From an uncultured Candidatus Izemoplasmatales bacterium (GTDB lineage: Bacteria > Bacillota_I > Bacilli_A > Izemoplasmatales > Izemoplasmataceae), in contig CAYSZV010000002.1 of assembly GCA_964435595.1 (NCBI GenBank), positions 39,956-103,955 on the forward strand: a stretch of DNA of 64,000 nt. Direction: 5' to 3'. A program made the translations under genes and the position numbers. A model generated the notes under the pieces. It had not been told where the DNA came from and did not search any database. It was given only the letters and a program-made list of their open reading frames with translations. Shown here piece after piece: positions 1 through 8,652 of the stretch. Position 1 is the first letter of the stretch. Each line of letters begins with the position of its first letter.

Positions 1-414
1 AAGAAAAAGGATACCCAAAAGAAAAAGCGAAAAATCAAACCAAATTATGATACTTATTTTACAGAAGATGGGATTGAAATTTTAGTAGGAAAAAACAATA
101 TTCAAAATGAATATATTACACATAAACTAGCGAAACACAATGAAGTGTGGATGCACGTCAAAGAAGCACCTGGAAGTCATGTTGTTGTAAGACAACAATT
201 TCCGTTATCTGAAGACACAATCAGGACTGCAGCCCAACTTGCTTCTTATTATTCTTCACTCAAACACTCAAGTAGTGTTCCTGTTGATTATGTAGAAGTA
301 CGTTATATTAAAAAAGTACCTGGTAGGATTGGTAGTTTTGTTACATATAAAAACAACAAGACAATCTATATTGATCCGGATGAAGATTTCATTATTAATT
401 TACAAAAAAAATAG
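1..414 (+). CDS. rqcH: RqcH/FbpA-type ribosome quality control protein, C-terminal part (NFACT-R/DUF814); 5' end outside window
   Basis: Frame 1 is open from base 1. The translation ...GIEILVGKNNIQNEYITHKLAKHNEVWMHVKEAPGSHVVV...VDYVEVRYIKK is the typical DUF814 module of FbpA/RqcH proteins. Confidence 0.75.
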   Translation, partial: KKKDTQKKKRKIKPNYDTYFTEDGIEILVGKNNIQNEYITHKLAKHNEVWMHVKEAPGSHVVVRQQFPLSEDTIRTAAQLASYYSSLKHSSSVPVDYVEVRYIKKVPGRIGSFVTYKNNKTIYIDPDEDFIINLQKK

Positions 415-434
415 TTTTAGGAGGGTGATGAGTT

Positions 435-1109
435 ATGAAAATAATGCTAATTAGTATGTTTTTTACAATATTTCTCCTTTCAGGTTGCACGACTTACACT
501 GATCCTTTCCAGGAAGCTGTATTGTACTCCTTTCAATTGGATTACTACAATACTGGAACAACCTGTGAAAATAATACTGAAGTAGCATACATCAATAATT
601 ATGATATGAGTAAAAATTACCAAACTCATACAGAATACGAAGAGTCATTTTTCAATGATAACTCGGTTATTTTTATATCAGATATCAAAGGATCATCTAA
701 CAGTTCTATCACAATAGAGTCCTTATTTAACTACGAAGAAACAACCCACCTGTTTTATTCTGATTACAGTGCTCTACCCTCAGGGCAATGCTACAATTTC
801 GAGATTGAGGTAGAAGGTAAATTATTGAATCCAGAGATTGAAATACACGAATCAAGTCCCGAACATTTCATAAGTACCGTTTCTAACAATCAAATTACAT
901 TTTTCTTCTTAGAAGAAACAAACTACCTTATCTACCAAGAGTCAAATCAATACTCTATCTCAACATTTGATTTTACTTATTCAGAAAACAAAATGATTAT
1001 AGAAAATTTCAAGACTCATCTCGATAAAAGTAATAGAATTGAAATAGAATTTTCCAACTTAGAAATCTCATTCGAACTGAATGATGAAACATTTGAATTA
1101 TCAGAATAG
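435..1109 (+). CDS. lipoprotein of unknown function
   Basis: GGAGGG RBS lies upstream. The signal peptide ends in lipobox LLSGC. The mature part is acidic and Tyr/Asn/Glu-rich with no recognisable catalytic motif. Confidence 0.7.
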   Translation: MKIMLISMFFTIFLLSGCTTYTDPFQEAVLYSFQLDYYNTGTTCENNTEVAYINNYDMSKNYQTHTEYEESFFNDNSVIFISDIKGSSNSSITIESLFNYEETTHLFYSDYSALPSGQCYNFEIEVEGKLLNPEIEIHESSPEHFISTVSNNQITFFFLEETNYLIYQESNQYSISTFDFTYSENKMIIENFKTHLDKSNRIEIEFSNLEISFELNDETFELSE

Positions 1110-1114
1110 AAAAA

Positions 1115-1139
1115 AGGACATTTCTTATCGGAATGTCCT
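1115..1139. terminator. bidirectional intrinsic terminator between convergent lipoprotein gene and thrS
   Basis: Hairpin AGGACATT-N8-AATGTCCT, flanked by an A-run on the left and a T-run on the right. Confidence 0.6.
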
Positions 1140-1145
1140 TTTAAT

Positions 1146-3068
1146 TTATTTGGATTTGTTAAACACTTCTTCTTTTACCATTGCAATAAACTCATCTACA
1201 GAAACGGTAGTTTGTTCCTTTTGACCATATCGTCTAAAAGTTACCAATTCTGAATCTACTTCATTGTCACCAACAACCAGTTGATATGGGATTTTTAAAG
1301 TTTGTGCTTCACGGATTTTGTATCCTAGTTTTTCTTCTCTTAAATCCAGTTCACTTCGAAGGTCATGATCAATAAACAAATCATTTAACTTCTTCGCATA
1401 TGCCCCATGAACTTCTAAACTTACTGGGATTAATTTAATTTGTACTGGAGCAAGCCAAGTTGGGAATGCACCCTTGTATTGTTCTAGTAAAATACTCATC
1501 AAACGTTCCCATGTAGAAATCAATCCTCTATGGATAACTACTGGACGATGTTTTTCTCCATCACTTCCAATATAATTCAAATCAAAACGTTCCGGTAATA
1601 AGAAATCTAATTGTACTGTACTCATTGTAATAACATGTCCCATTGCAGTACGAACTTGAATGTCAATTTTCGGTCCATAAAATGCAGCTTCACCCATCAT
1701 TTCAACGTGCTCAATATTTTCTTCTGCTAGAACTTCACGCATGATGTTCTCGGCCATATCCCAAAGTTCATCATTCTTATGAAACTTCCCTTTTTTGTCA
1801 TCTCTTAATGCTAATTCAACATAATCAATTTCTAATCCTAAGTCAGCGATTGCTTGAATGATTAAGTAATATGCATCTTTCACTTCTTGTTTGATTTGGT
1901 CTTCTCTTACAAATAAATGTGCGTCTGTTAGAGTCATTGCACGTACACGTTCAAGACCACTTAAACTACCACTTGCTTCATATCTATGTTGTGTAACAAT
2001 TTCCGCATATCTGATTGGTAAATCACGATAACTTCTTAAATCAGATTTATAGACTAACATATGATGAGGACAAGACATAGGACGAAGAACAAACACTTCT
2101 CCATCACGTTCCATGATTGGGAACATATTATCTCTATAGTTTTCCCAATGCCCAGATATTTCGTATAGTTTTTTTGTTCCTAAAGCTGGAGTTGAGACAT
2201 GTTGATATCCTGCTTTTTTCTCTAATTTATAAACATAATCTTCCAATTGTTTTCTTACTGTATATCCATTTGGAAGCCACATTGCAAGACCTTGACCAGC
2301 ATCATTATTCAATTCAAAAATACGTAGTTCTTTTCCTAATTTTCTATGGTCTCGTTCTTTTCTTTCTTCTAGTACGATAAGATGATCTTTCAATTCTTGT
2401 TCAGTATACCAAGCAGTACCATAAATACGTTGAAGTTGGTCTCTATTTGAGTCCCCTCTCCAGTATGCTCCAGCAAGACTTAACAATTTAAAGAAACGAA
2501 CATTTTTCGTGCTACCAATATGTCCCCCACGACATAAATCAGTAAATTCTCCTTGTGTATAAATACTTATGATTTCATCTTCTGGCAAATCACTAATTAA
2601 TTCGACTTTGTATTTATCATCTTGAAAGAATTCTAATGCTTCATTACGCGGCATCTCTTGACGTATAATTTGCACTTGTTCTTGAGAAATGCGTTTCATC
2701 ATTTTCTCAATTTTTTCTAAATCCTCTTCTTTTAATTGTTCCCCAGCATCAATATCATAATAGAATCCTTCACGAATTGCAGGACCTACTCCAAATTTTG
2801 CATCTGGATACAATCTTTTCACAGCTTGTGCCATCAAGTGAGCTGCACTGTGGTTTAACACTTCAAATGCTTCCTTGTCTTTTTTTGTAACAATTCTAAC
2901 ATCAGCATCTTCATTGATTGGTCTATTTAAATCATATAATTCATCATTTACAAAACCAGCAACACTAACTTTACGTAAGGAAGAAGAAATACTTCCTGCG
3001 ATTTGTTCAATTGACACACCTTTTTCAAATTCTTTTACACTACCATCTGGAAATTTAATATTAATCAT
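1146..3068 (-). CDS. thrS: threonine--tRNA ligase
   Basis: 640 aa with an N-terminal TGS domain, a SAD editing region (HSAAHL), a class II core and an anticodon-binding C-terminus. A T-box leader lies upstream. Confidence 0.97.
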   Translation of the reverse strand: MINIKFPDGSVKEFEKGVSIEQIAGSISSSLRKVSVAGFVNDELYDLNRPINEDADVRIVTKKDKEAFEVLNHSAAHLMAQAVKRLYPDAKFGVGPAIREGFYYDIDAGEQLKEEDLEKIEKMMKRISQEQVQIIRQEMPRNEALEFFQDDKYKVELISDLPEDEIISIYTQGEFTDLCRGGHIGSTKNVRFFKLLSLAGAYWRGDSNRDQLQRIYGTAWYTEQELKDHLIVLEERKERDHRKLGKELRIFELNNDAGQGLAMWLPNGYTVRKQLEDYVYKLEKKAGYQHVSTPALGTKKLYEISGHWENYRDNMFPIMERDGEVFVLRPMSCPHHMLVYKSDLRSYRDLPIRYAEIVTQHRYEASGSLSGLERVRAMTLTDAHLFVREDQIKQEVKDAYYLIIQAIADLGLEIDYVELALRDDKKGKFHKNDELWDMAENIMREVLAEENIEHVEMMGEAAFYGPKIDIQVRTAMGHVITMSTVQLDFLLPERFDLNYIGSDGEKHRPVVIHRGLISTWERLMSILLEQYKGAFPTWLAPVQIKLIPVSLEVHGAYAKKLNDLFIDHDLRSELDLREEKLGYKIREAQTLKIPYQLVVGDNEVDSELVTFRRYGQKEQTTVSVDEFIAMVKEEVFNKSK

Positions 3069-3074
3069 GTTTTT

Positions 3075-3300
3075 CCCTACTTTCTGTTATAAAAATAAAA
3101 ATCGCCCTATATAAGGACGATTGTAATTACCGTGGTACCACCTAAATTCTAGATTTCTCTAGCGCTTGATAGCTATAACGGAGCCACCGAATCTCGATTA
3201 AGAGTTTACTCCAAGGTAGTAATTAAATCATTGTATTTAGTAGTTTCCACCATCCTACTTCTCTTTGAAATACGGTATGAAATAATATTGTCCTCTTCGT
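3075..3300 (-). promoter_or_regulatory. T-box leader (tRNA-sensing attenuator) of thrS
   Basis: The minus strand reads AATTTAGGTGGTACCACGG (T-box core, + coords 3130-3142). It is followed by terminator hairpin TCGTCCT-N5-AGGGCGA plus a U-run (+ 3091-3120). An AGAGA/GGTGGA stem I motif is present, and an ACU ACC stretch could supply the Thr specifier. Confidence 0.85.
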
Positions 3301-3313
3301 TGTATTTACATAT

Positions 3314-3341
3314 ATTATAATACGTAACGAAATTATGTCAA
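3314..3341 (-). promoter_or_regulatory. sigma-A type promoter of the thrS leader
   Basis: Minus strand TTGACA (3336-3341), a 16-nt spacer, then TATAAT (3314-3319). Confidence 0.65.
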
Positions 3342-3346
3342 CTCAA

Positions 3347-4237
3347 TTATAATTCAATTTCGTTATCTTTTGTTAATTCTGCGATTCTAATTCCAATTCT
3401 AGTTGCATTCAAGTTATCTGTTTCTCTTGAAAATTTAGCGAAGTGATCTTGAACTAATTTTTTTCTTGTGTAGTTACTTGAGAAGAATGTTGGTTTATGA
3501 TCAAGAAGTCTATATTGTAAGATTGGTCCTAAGATTTCGTCTCTTACCCAAACGCTTGTTCCTTCTCCACCAATATCATCCAACATCAATACTTGAACTT
3601 GTTTCAATTTAGATACAACTTCTTCTAAAGAGTTATTTGAAACTCTTGATTTAAACTCGCGTACCAAATCAGGATAATACGCAATAATTACATCGATATT
3701 ATTTTTCATTAGTTCTGTAGCGAGTGCACTCAAACAATATGTTTTACCAGTATTGTTTCTTCCGTGTAAATACATTCCACTTACCGTCTCACCATTTCTG
3801 ATTTTTGTGATAAATGTTTTCATTTTATTCAATATTACTTGCTTATTTTCTCCACGCTCAAAATCAAAGTCATCAAGCGATGCTTGAAGCACTCTTGAAG
3901 GTAGATGCATGGCATCAATATGACCCATTTGTTCTTCTTTTCTCTTTGAAATTCGGAGAAATTTACATTCCTTATATGATGTCATAATTTTACCATCACG
4001 ATATGATAAAGCTGGCTCAAGACCCCTATTTACTAGTTTACATTCATTTAAGCCTTTACAACTCATACAAAATTGTTTTTCCTTGTTGAAGTTCATTAAA
4101 TCAAGTAAGTGTTTTTCAATCGTATCACTATCAAGATCATTTTCAATAAAGAAATTGTTTAAAAATGGATTATCTAATAAATCTTCGATTAAAGAATCTT
4201 TACTAACTGGTGTATACTTGAATTTTACTTTTTCCAT
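3347..4237 (-). CDS. dnaI: primosomal helicase loader DnaI
   Basis: 296 aa with an N-terminal Cys-rich zinc module (CMSCKGLNEC...ECKF) and an AAA+ Walker A (GRNNTGKTY). It sits directly downstream of the dnaB-type gene, as in Bacillus. Confidence 0.88.
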   Translation of the reverse strand: MEKVKFKYTPVSKDSLIEDLLDNPFLNNFFIENDLDSDTIEKHLLDLMNFNKEKQFCMSCKGLNECKLVNRGLEPALSYRDGKIMTSYKECKFLRISKRKEEQMGHIDAMHLPSRVLQASLDDFDFERGENKQVILNKMKTFITKIRNGETVSGMYLHGRNNTGKTYCLSALATELMKNNIDVIIAYYPDLVREFKSRVSNNSLEEVVSKLKQVQVLMLDDIGGEGTSVWVRDEILGPILQYRLLDHKPTFFSSNYTRKKLVQDHFAKFSRETDNLNATRIGIRIAELTKDNEIEL

Positions 4238-4238
4238 A

Positions 4239-5417
4239 TTACAACTCCTTCATTACGTCTTCTAGCCAATCCGGCTCATATTTCTTGGCTTCTTTTTTCT
4301 TTAAGTCTCTTTGATCTGATTTTGTTTGATAGTTTGTCGTAAAGTTAAATGCATCTTCAAATGTCTTCACTTTATCACGTTTCATTGACACATATATACT
4401 TTCAATAAAATTATAATGTGGCAGCAAATGATTTGTAGATTGATTCATCGAATATAATAATAAATAATTTAATATTTCCTTCGGATATTCAAATTCAGAA
4501 ATTACTTGTTCAATCGTCTTCATTTCACTTTTTGAAGGTTTATGGCCTGTAGCATATCCAATACAATCAATCGGAGAATTTGTTAGGCAAATTTGTTTAA
4601 TATTTTCAAATGTTACATCGATTTCTTCATACTCATTGGTTTCTTTTTTTGAATGAATAACAGAGTTCCAATATTTTGCACTTTTACTCATCTTGTCTAA
4701 ATTTATATTTCTTTCATTATCAACAGAATCCATAAACACTTTTTGCATCGTGATTTCATCTAAATCATAGACGTAAGAAAGCATAACAATTTTTTCCTCT
4801 ACTTTAGATGAAATTTTTCTTCGATCGATATAATTCTTCGAAATTCCTTCAAAGAAAATATCGAAATCAAATGGATGACTTATATTTATTTGTGATTTTG
4901 ATCTTGAAACATAATCTCCATTTGTAGGAGCTGGATTTTTCAATCCTTTAAACACTTCATCAAAATGAGCAGTAACATTTTCGTATCCTTCTTTATCTGA
5001 AATTGTGATACGAAATAGATTTGTTATATCATCAAATTCAGCTTTTCCAATCTTTTCATAAAGTAGAGCACCTAACGCACCATCTTTCAAAAATTCTTCT
5101 GCTGAGACTGGTGCTTTTAATTCATATAAGAATAAATCATCTTTTTGATAAACACATAAAAGACCTATCGCTTCTAACACTTTACGAACTTGGATAAATT
5201 CAATCGGTGATAATTCTAATAAATCATATAATTTTGTATGAAGATACTCAGGACTTTTTAAACGAGAACGATCAATCATAGACCACAGTGTGTTATACAA
5301 CAAATATGGCTTACATCCAATAAGCGGCGCATAAAGAAGCGTAACAACGTTACGCTCATCTGTGTCTATATTTTGATATGTCATCAGTTTAAATTTGTCG
5401 AGTCTCATCAATATCAC
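4239..5417 (-). CDS. dnaB: replication initiation/membrane attachment protein DnaB (DnaD-domain family, not the helicase)
   Basis: 392 aa immediately upstream of dnaI. The size and DnaD-like repeat architecture are typical of Firmicute DnaB. The start may be a few codons downstream (MRLDKF). Confidence 0.7.
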   Translation of the reverse strand: MILMRLDKFKLMTYQNIDTDERNVVTLLYAPLIGCKPYLLYNTLWSMIDRSRLKSPEYLHTKLYDLLELSPIEFIQVRKVLEAIGLLCVYQKDDLFLYELKAPVSAEEFLKDGALGALLYEKIGKAEFDDITNLFRITISDKEGYENVTAHFDEVFKGLKNPAPTNGDYVSRSKSQINISHPFDFDIFFEGISKNYIDRRKISSKVEEKIVMLSYVYDLDEITMQKVFMDSVDNERNINLDKMSKSAKYWNSVIHSKKETNEYEEIDVTFENIKQICLTNSPIDCIGYATGHKPSKSEMKTIEQVISEFEYPKEILNYLLLYSMNQSTNHLLPHYNFIESIYVSMKRDKVKTFEDAFNFTTNYQTKSDQRDLKKKEAKKYEPDWLEDVMKEL

Positions 5418-5426
5418 ACCTTATTA

Positions 5427-5792
5427 TTATGGGTGTAGTCCTACACCTTTAAATGGTAAATTCTCATTCAAAAATTTATACATTTTTAAAATTTTCATCT
5501 TTGGTACATTTCGACCTATCAATTGATAAGTTTGCACTTTCAAATCGACTGCTGTTTCAAGTGGGTTTACTTGAATGATTGAGCAAATCATATGATGTTT
5601 TGATGTTTGAAGAAACATTTCTCCATGGATAACATCAACATTTACAACAACAATCCCTTCATCGTTACAGTATTCTTCGATTTTCTCTTTTACTTTTTTG
5701 AAAGTCGTTTTATAGTAACGACTTCGAAGATCTACATCTGAATGTAATTCTCTAGTTTCTGCGTTGTTACTTAGGAAAGTTTTTAGTCCCAT
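5427..5792 (-). CDS. conserved hypothetical cytosolic protein
   Basis: 121-aa ORF tightly packed between coaE and dnaB, with its start codon immediately adjacent to the coaE stop codon. I recognise no motif securely. Confidence 0.5.
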   Translation of the reverse strand: MGLKTFLSNNAETRELHSDVDLRSRYYKTTFKKVKEKIEEYCNDEGIVVVNVDVIHGEMFLQTSKHHMICSIIQVNPLETAVDLKVQTYQLIGRNVPKMKILKMYKFLNENLPFKGVGLHP

Positions 5793-6369
5793 TATTCCAC
5801 CTCTATTTCTGCTAATATTTTAGTGAATTGTTTTTTGGTATCTAGAATTGAAGAAGAGTTATCAATAACATATGTTGCTTTCTTGACTTTTTCTTCTAAC
5901 GGTAATTGTGCCTTGATTTTCATCATTGCATATTCTTTTGTGATTTGTTCACGGTCCATCAATCGTTGCACTTGCAATTCTTGATCAACATAAACAACAA
6001 TCACTTCATCAACTAAACTATCAAATCCTGATTCGTAAAGTAACGGTACATCAATAATCACTAATTCTTTGTTCATCTGTCTGTTTTTTTCAATCTCACT
6101 TTAGGATGAACAATACTATTTAACTTTTCAAGTTTCTTTGAATTCGTAAAAATAATACGTCCTAATTTTTTTCTATTGATTTCCTTATCAGTATGTAAAA
6201 TATCTTCTGTGAAATAGTCAACAACTTCAAGATATCCAACGGATCCCTTATTCAAGACTTCTTTTGCAATAACATCGGTATCGATAAGCGGGATATTTGC
6301 ATTACGAAACATTTCAGCTACTGTACTTTTCCCAGTGGCAATTCCACCAGTAAGACCAATAATTTTCAT
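5792..6369 (-). pseudogene. coaE: dephospho-CoA kinase, interrupted by a 1-nt frameshift in an A7 run
   Basis: The N-terminal ORF (MKIIGLTGGIATGKST...IVHPKVRLKK) and C-terminal ORF (ELVIIDVPLLYESGF...) are the two halves of CoaE. The frames meet at T7 on the + strand (6084-6090). One extra A would give ...VRLKKNRQMNKELVIIDVPLL. The ATG at 6369 has a GGAGGG RBS. Confidence 0.85.
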
Positions 6370-6432
6370 AAACAAGTCCCTCCTTTCGTCTGCTTAAAAA
6401 TTATATCATATTTTTAAAAAAGAAAGAAGAAC

Positions 6433-7272
6433 TCATGTGTTCTTTTTTCTTTTTTTCTTTTGGCAACTCGGACAATAATAGGTTCCTCTTCCACCTACTT
6501 TTTCCTTTTGGATCAATGTATTACAAAATTTACACGTTTCGTTTTCACGATCATGAACAAATAAATCATTTTGGAATCGTCCTGTCACACCTAGACTAGA
6601 TGTGTAACTTCTGATTGTTGTTCCACCAAGATCAATCGCTTTTTGCAATACCGTAACACTCGCATCTATAATCATTTGACATTGTTTTTTTGTAATTTCA
6701 TTTGATGGAGTTGTTGGATGAAGTTTTGTATAGAACAAGACTTCATTGACATAAATATTCCCTAGACCTGCAATGATTGTTTGGTCCAACAAAGCAGACT
6801 TAATCGAAATGGTCTTTGTTCTTAATTTCTTGTATAAGTATTCTTTTGTCATTTCCTTAAAAAATGGCTCAGGTCCCAACTTTTGAATCGGGTGGAAGTC
6901 TTCAAATTGATCTTTGAGAACTAAATCAAATGTTCCGAACTTCCTAGTATCATGATATCTCATTGTAGTATCATCGTTAAAATAGAAAATAACATGTTCA
7001 TGCTTGTCTCTATCTTCCTCTAGTTTTTTAATGAAATATTTCCCTTCCATACGAAGGTGTGAGATTAAAATATAGTCTCCTATTTCAAACAAGAGGTACT
7101 TTCCATATCGATCGATATGTTCAATATGATTCCCAATTAGTGACGTAGTAAACTTGTCGATATCTGTATGAATCATTTTTTCATAGAAGACATCAATGTC
7201 TCTAATTTCTTTTCCCTGAACAAGTTTTAGTAAGGTCTTACGTACCGTTTCAACTTCTGGTAATTCAGGCAT
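6433..7272 (-). CDS. mutM: formamidopyrimidine-DNA glycosylase
   Basis: Starts MPELPEVE, giving the catalytic N-terminal Pro after Met removal. A C-terminal CxxC...CxxC zinc finger (CKFC...CPSC) is present. The upstream in-frame MDEI extension is rejected. Confidence 0.95.
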   Translation of the reverse strand: MPELPEVETVRKTLLKLVQGKEIRDIDVFYEKMIHTDIDKFTTSLIGNHIEHIDRYGKYLLFEIGDYILISHLRMEGKYFIKKLEEDRDKHEHVIFYFNDDTTMRYHDTRKFGTFDLVLKDQFEDFHPIQKLGPEPFFKEMTKEYLYKKLRTKTISIKSALLDQTIIAGLGNIYVNEVLFYTKLHPTTPSNEITKKQCQMIIDASVTVLQKAIDLGGTTIRSYTSSLGVTGRFQNDLFVHDRENETCKFCNTLIQKEKVGGRGTYYCPSCQKKKRKKNT

Positions 7273-7775
7273 TATTTCATCCAACTATTATAATGAACTC
7301 TTGAAGAGTCATAACGTTCAATGATTTCGGCTTTGTTCTTTGGAACACCCAATGCAATGATGCAAAATGGAGTTACATCTTCAGGGGTATGTAATAACTG
7401 GGATACAAATTTCACACGTTCGTCAATCGGATGAACACCAATCCATACACCACCCAGACCTTGTTCAACTGCTTCTAATAAGATATTTTGTGTGGCAGCG
7501 CTCATATCTTGCGTTCTCATTTTAGGTGACTTTATTGTCTCAAGCATAACAGGAATAATCGCGATTGGCGATGTTCCTAACGGCCAAGATCCTCTACTCA
7601 TTTTAGAAAGCTCATCCAATATTACACGATCATTTACAACGATAAAATTCCAAGGTTGTTGATTATTGGCACTAGGAGCTTGCATTCCCGCTTTCAATAA
7701 TGATTCGATTTTTGATTCTGGAATTTCAATATCTTTAAATTCTCTAACACTCTTACGACTCATTACTAGACTCAT
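7272..7775 (-). CDS. nitroreductase family protein
   Basis: 167 aa with RKSVREF...APSANNQQPW, a typical FMN nitroreductase N-terminal signature. It overlaps the mutM start by one base (TAATG). Confidence 0.8.
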   Translation of the reverse strand: MSLVMSRKSVREFKDIEIPESKIESLLKAGMQAPSANNQQPWNFIVVNDRVILDELSKMSRGSWPLGTSPIAIIPVMLETIKSPKMRTQDMSAATQNILLEAVEQGLGGVWIGVHPIDERVKFVSQLLHTPEDVTPFCIIALGVPKNKAEIIERYDSSRVHYNSWMK

Positions 7776-8644
7776 TGTTCACCCTCCGGATTCACGTGGA
7801 CAATCACGTGACAAATTTTTTCATCATTTGCCAAACGTTCACTTACATTTTTAGCGATATCATGCCCTTCTTTAACAGAGATATTCGCATCCACTGAGAT
7901 ATCAACCAAAGCTTGATAATATGGACCATATGCAATCATATCTAAATGATCCACTTTGATAACACCTTTGGTCTCATCAATCATTGAACGATACACATCT
8001 TGTACTTCTTTTTTCACAGCTCTACCTTGTAAAGAACCAATTGCTTCCCATATAATCACAAGTCCTATTCTAACAATAAACAATGCAATTAAAATCGAAG
8101 CGACTTTGTCTCCCTTTAAGAGCCATATAATATTCAAACGTTCTCCTAATAAAACACCAAATATCCCAATAAATACTACTCCACTTGAAAAAACATCAGT
8201 CAAAGATTCTTTTCCCGAAGCACTTACTATTTCACTGTCTAACTCTTTTCCTTTTCGAATCAAGTATCGACTTAATATTAGTTTTAAGACCACTACGATC
8301 ACTACAATTACCAAACTTACGACACCAGGAATAGTCGGTTCATCGTTAAAATGAATGATAACGCTTCGCCCAAGTCCAAAGGCAATACCAATTATGGTTA
8401 ATCCTAAGATAAAACTCAAAACGTATTCAAATTTTCCGTGACCCAAAGGATGATCTTCATCAGCAGGCTTCAAAGAATGTCTGATTCCTAGAATGACAAA
8501 GACATCACTCAATAAATCACTTGTACTATGAACACCATCGGCAATCAATGCCACACTAGAAAATAAGAATCCACTAATGATTTTCAATATAACCAAGAAT
8601 ATGTTTCCAAAGAAACTTTTTCTCATTACTTGTTCTAAATTCAT
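7772..8644 (-). CDS. cation diffusion facilitator (CDF) family metal efflux transporter
   Basis: 290 aa with 6 TM segments, HSxxD/HxxxD-type motifs (DGVHSTSDLLSD) and a C-terminal cytoplasmic domain. Confidence 0.85.
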   Translation of the reverse strand: MNLEQVMRKSFFGNIFLVILKIISGFLFSSVALIADGVHSTSDLLSDVFVILGIRHSLKPADEDHPLGHGKFEYVLSFILGLTIIGIAFGLGRSVIIHFNDEPTIPGVVSLVIVVIVVVLKLILSRYLIRKGKELDSEIVSASGKESLTDVFSSGVVFIGIFGVLLGERLNIIWLLKGDKVASILIALFIVRIGLVIIWEAIGSLQGRAVKKEVQDVYRSMIDETKGVIKVDHLDMIAYGPYYQALVDISVDANISVKEGHDIAKNVSERLANDEKICHVIVHVNPEGEQ

Positions 8645-8652
8645 AAATTCAC

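Noticed and set aside
2117-2380. Antisense ORFs inside long genes. This one (87 aa) is opposite thrS. Others of the same kind are 2875-3114, 4083-4265, 7956-8354, 8935-9186, 11991-12374, 15817-16182, 17224-17436, 18397-18771, 24569-25744, 35813-36118, 39705-39998, 48334-48979, 51141-52047, 52708-53254, 55801-56169, 58095-58481 and 60008-61093.
   Set aside because: They lie opposite genes with strong family signatures, lack RBS context and have low-complexity translations typical of the reverse strand of AT-rich coding DNA.
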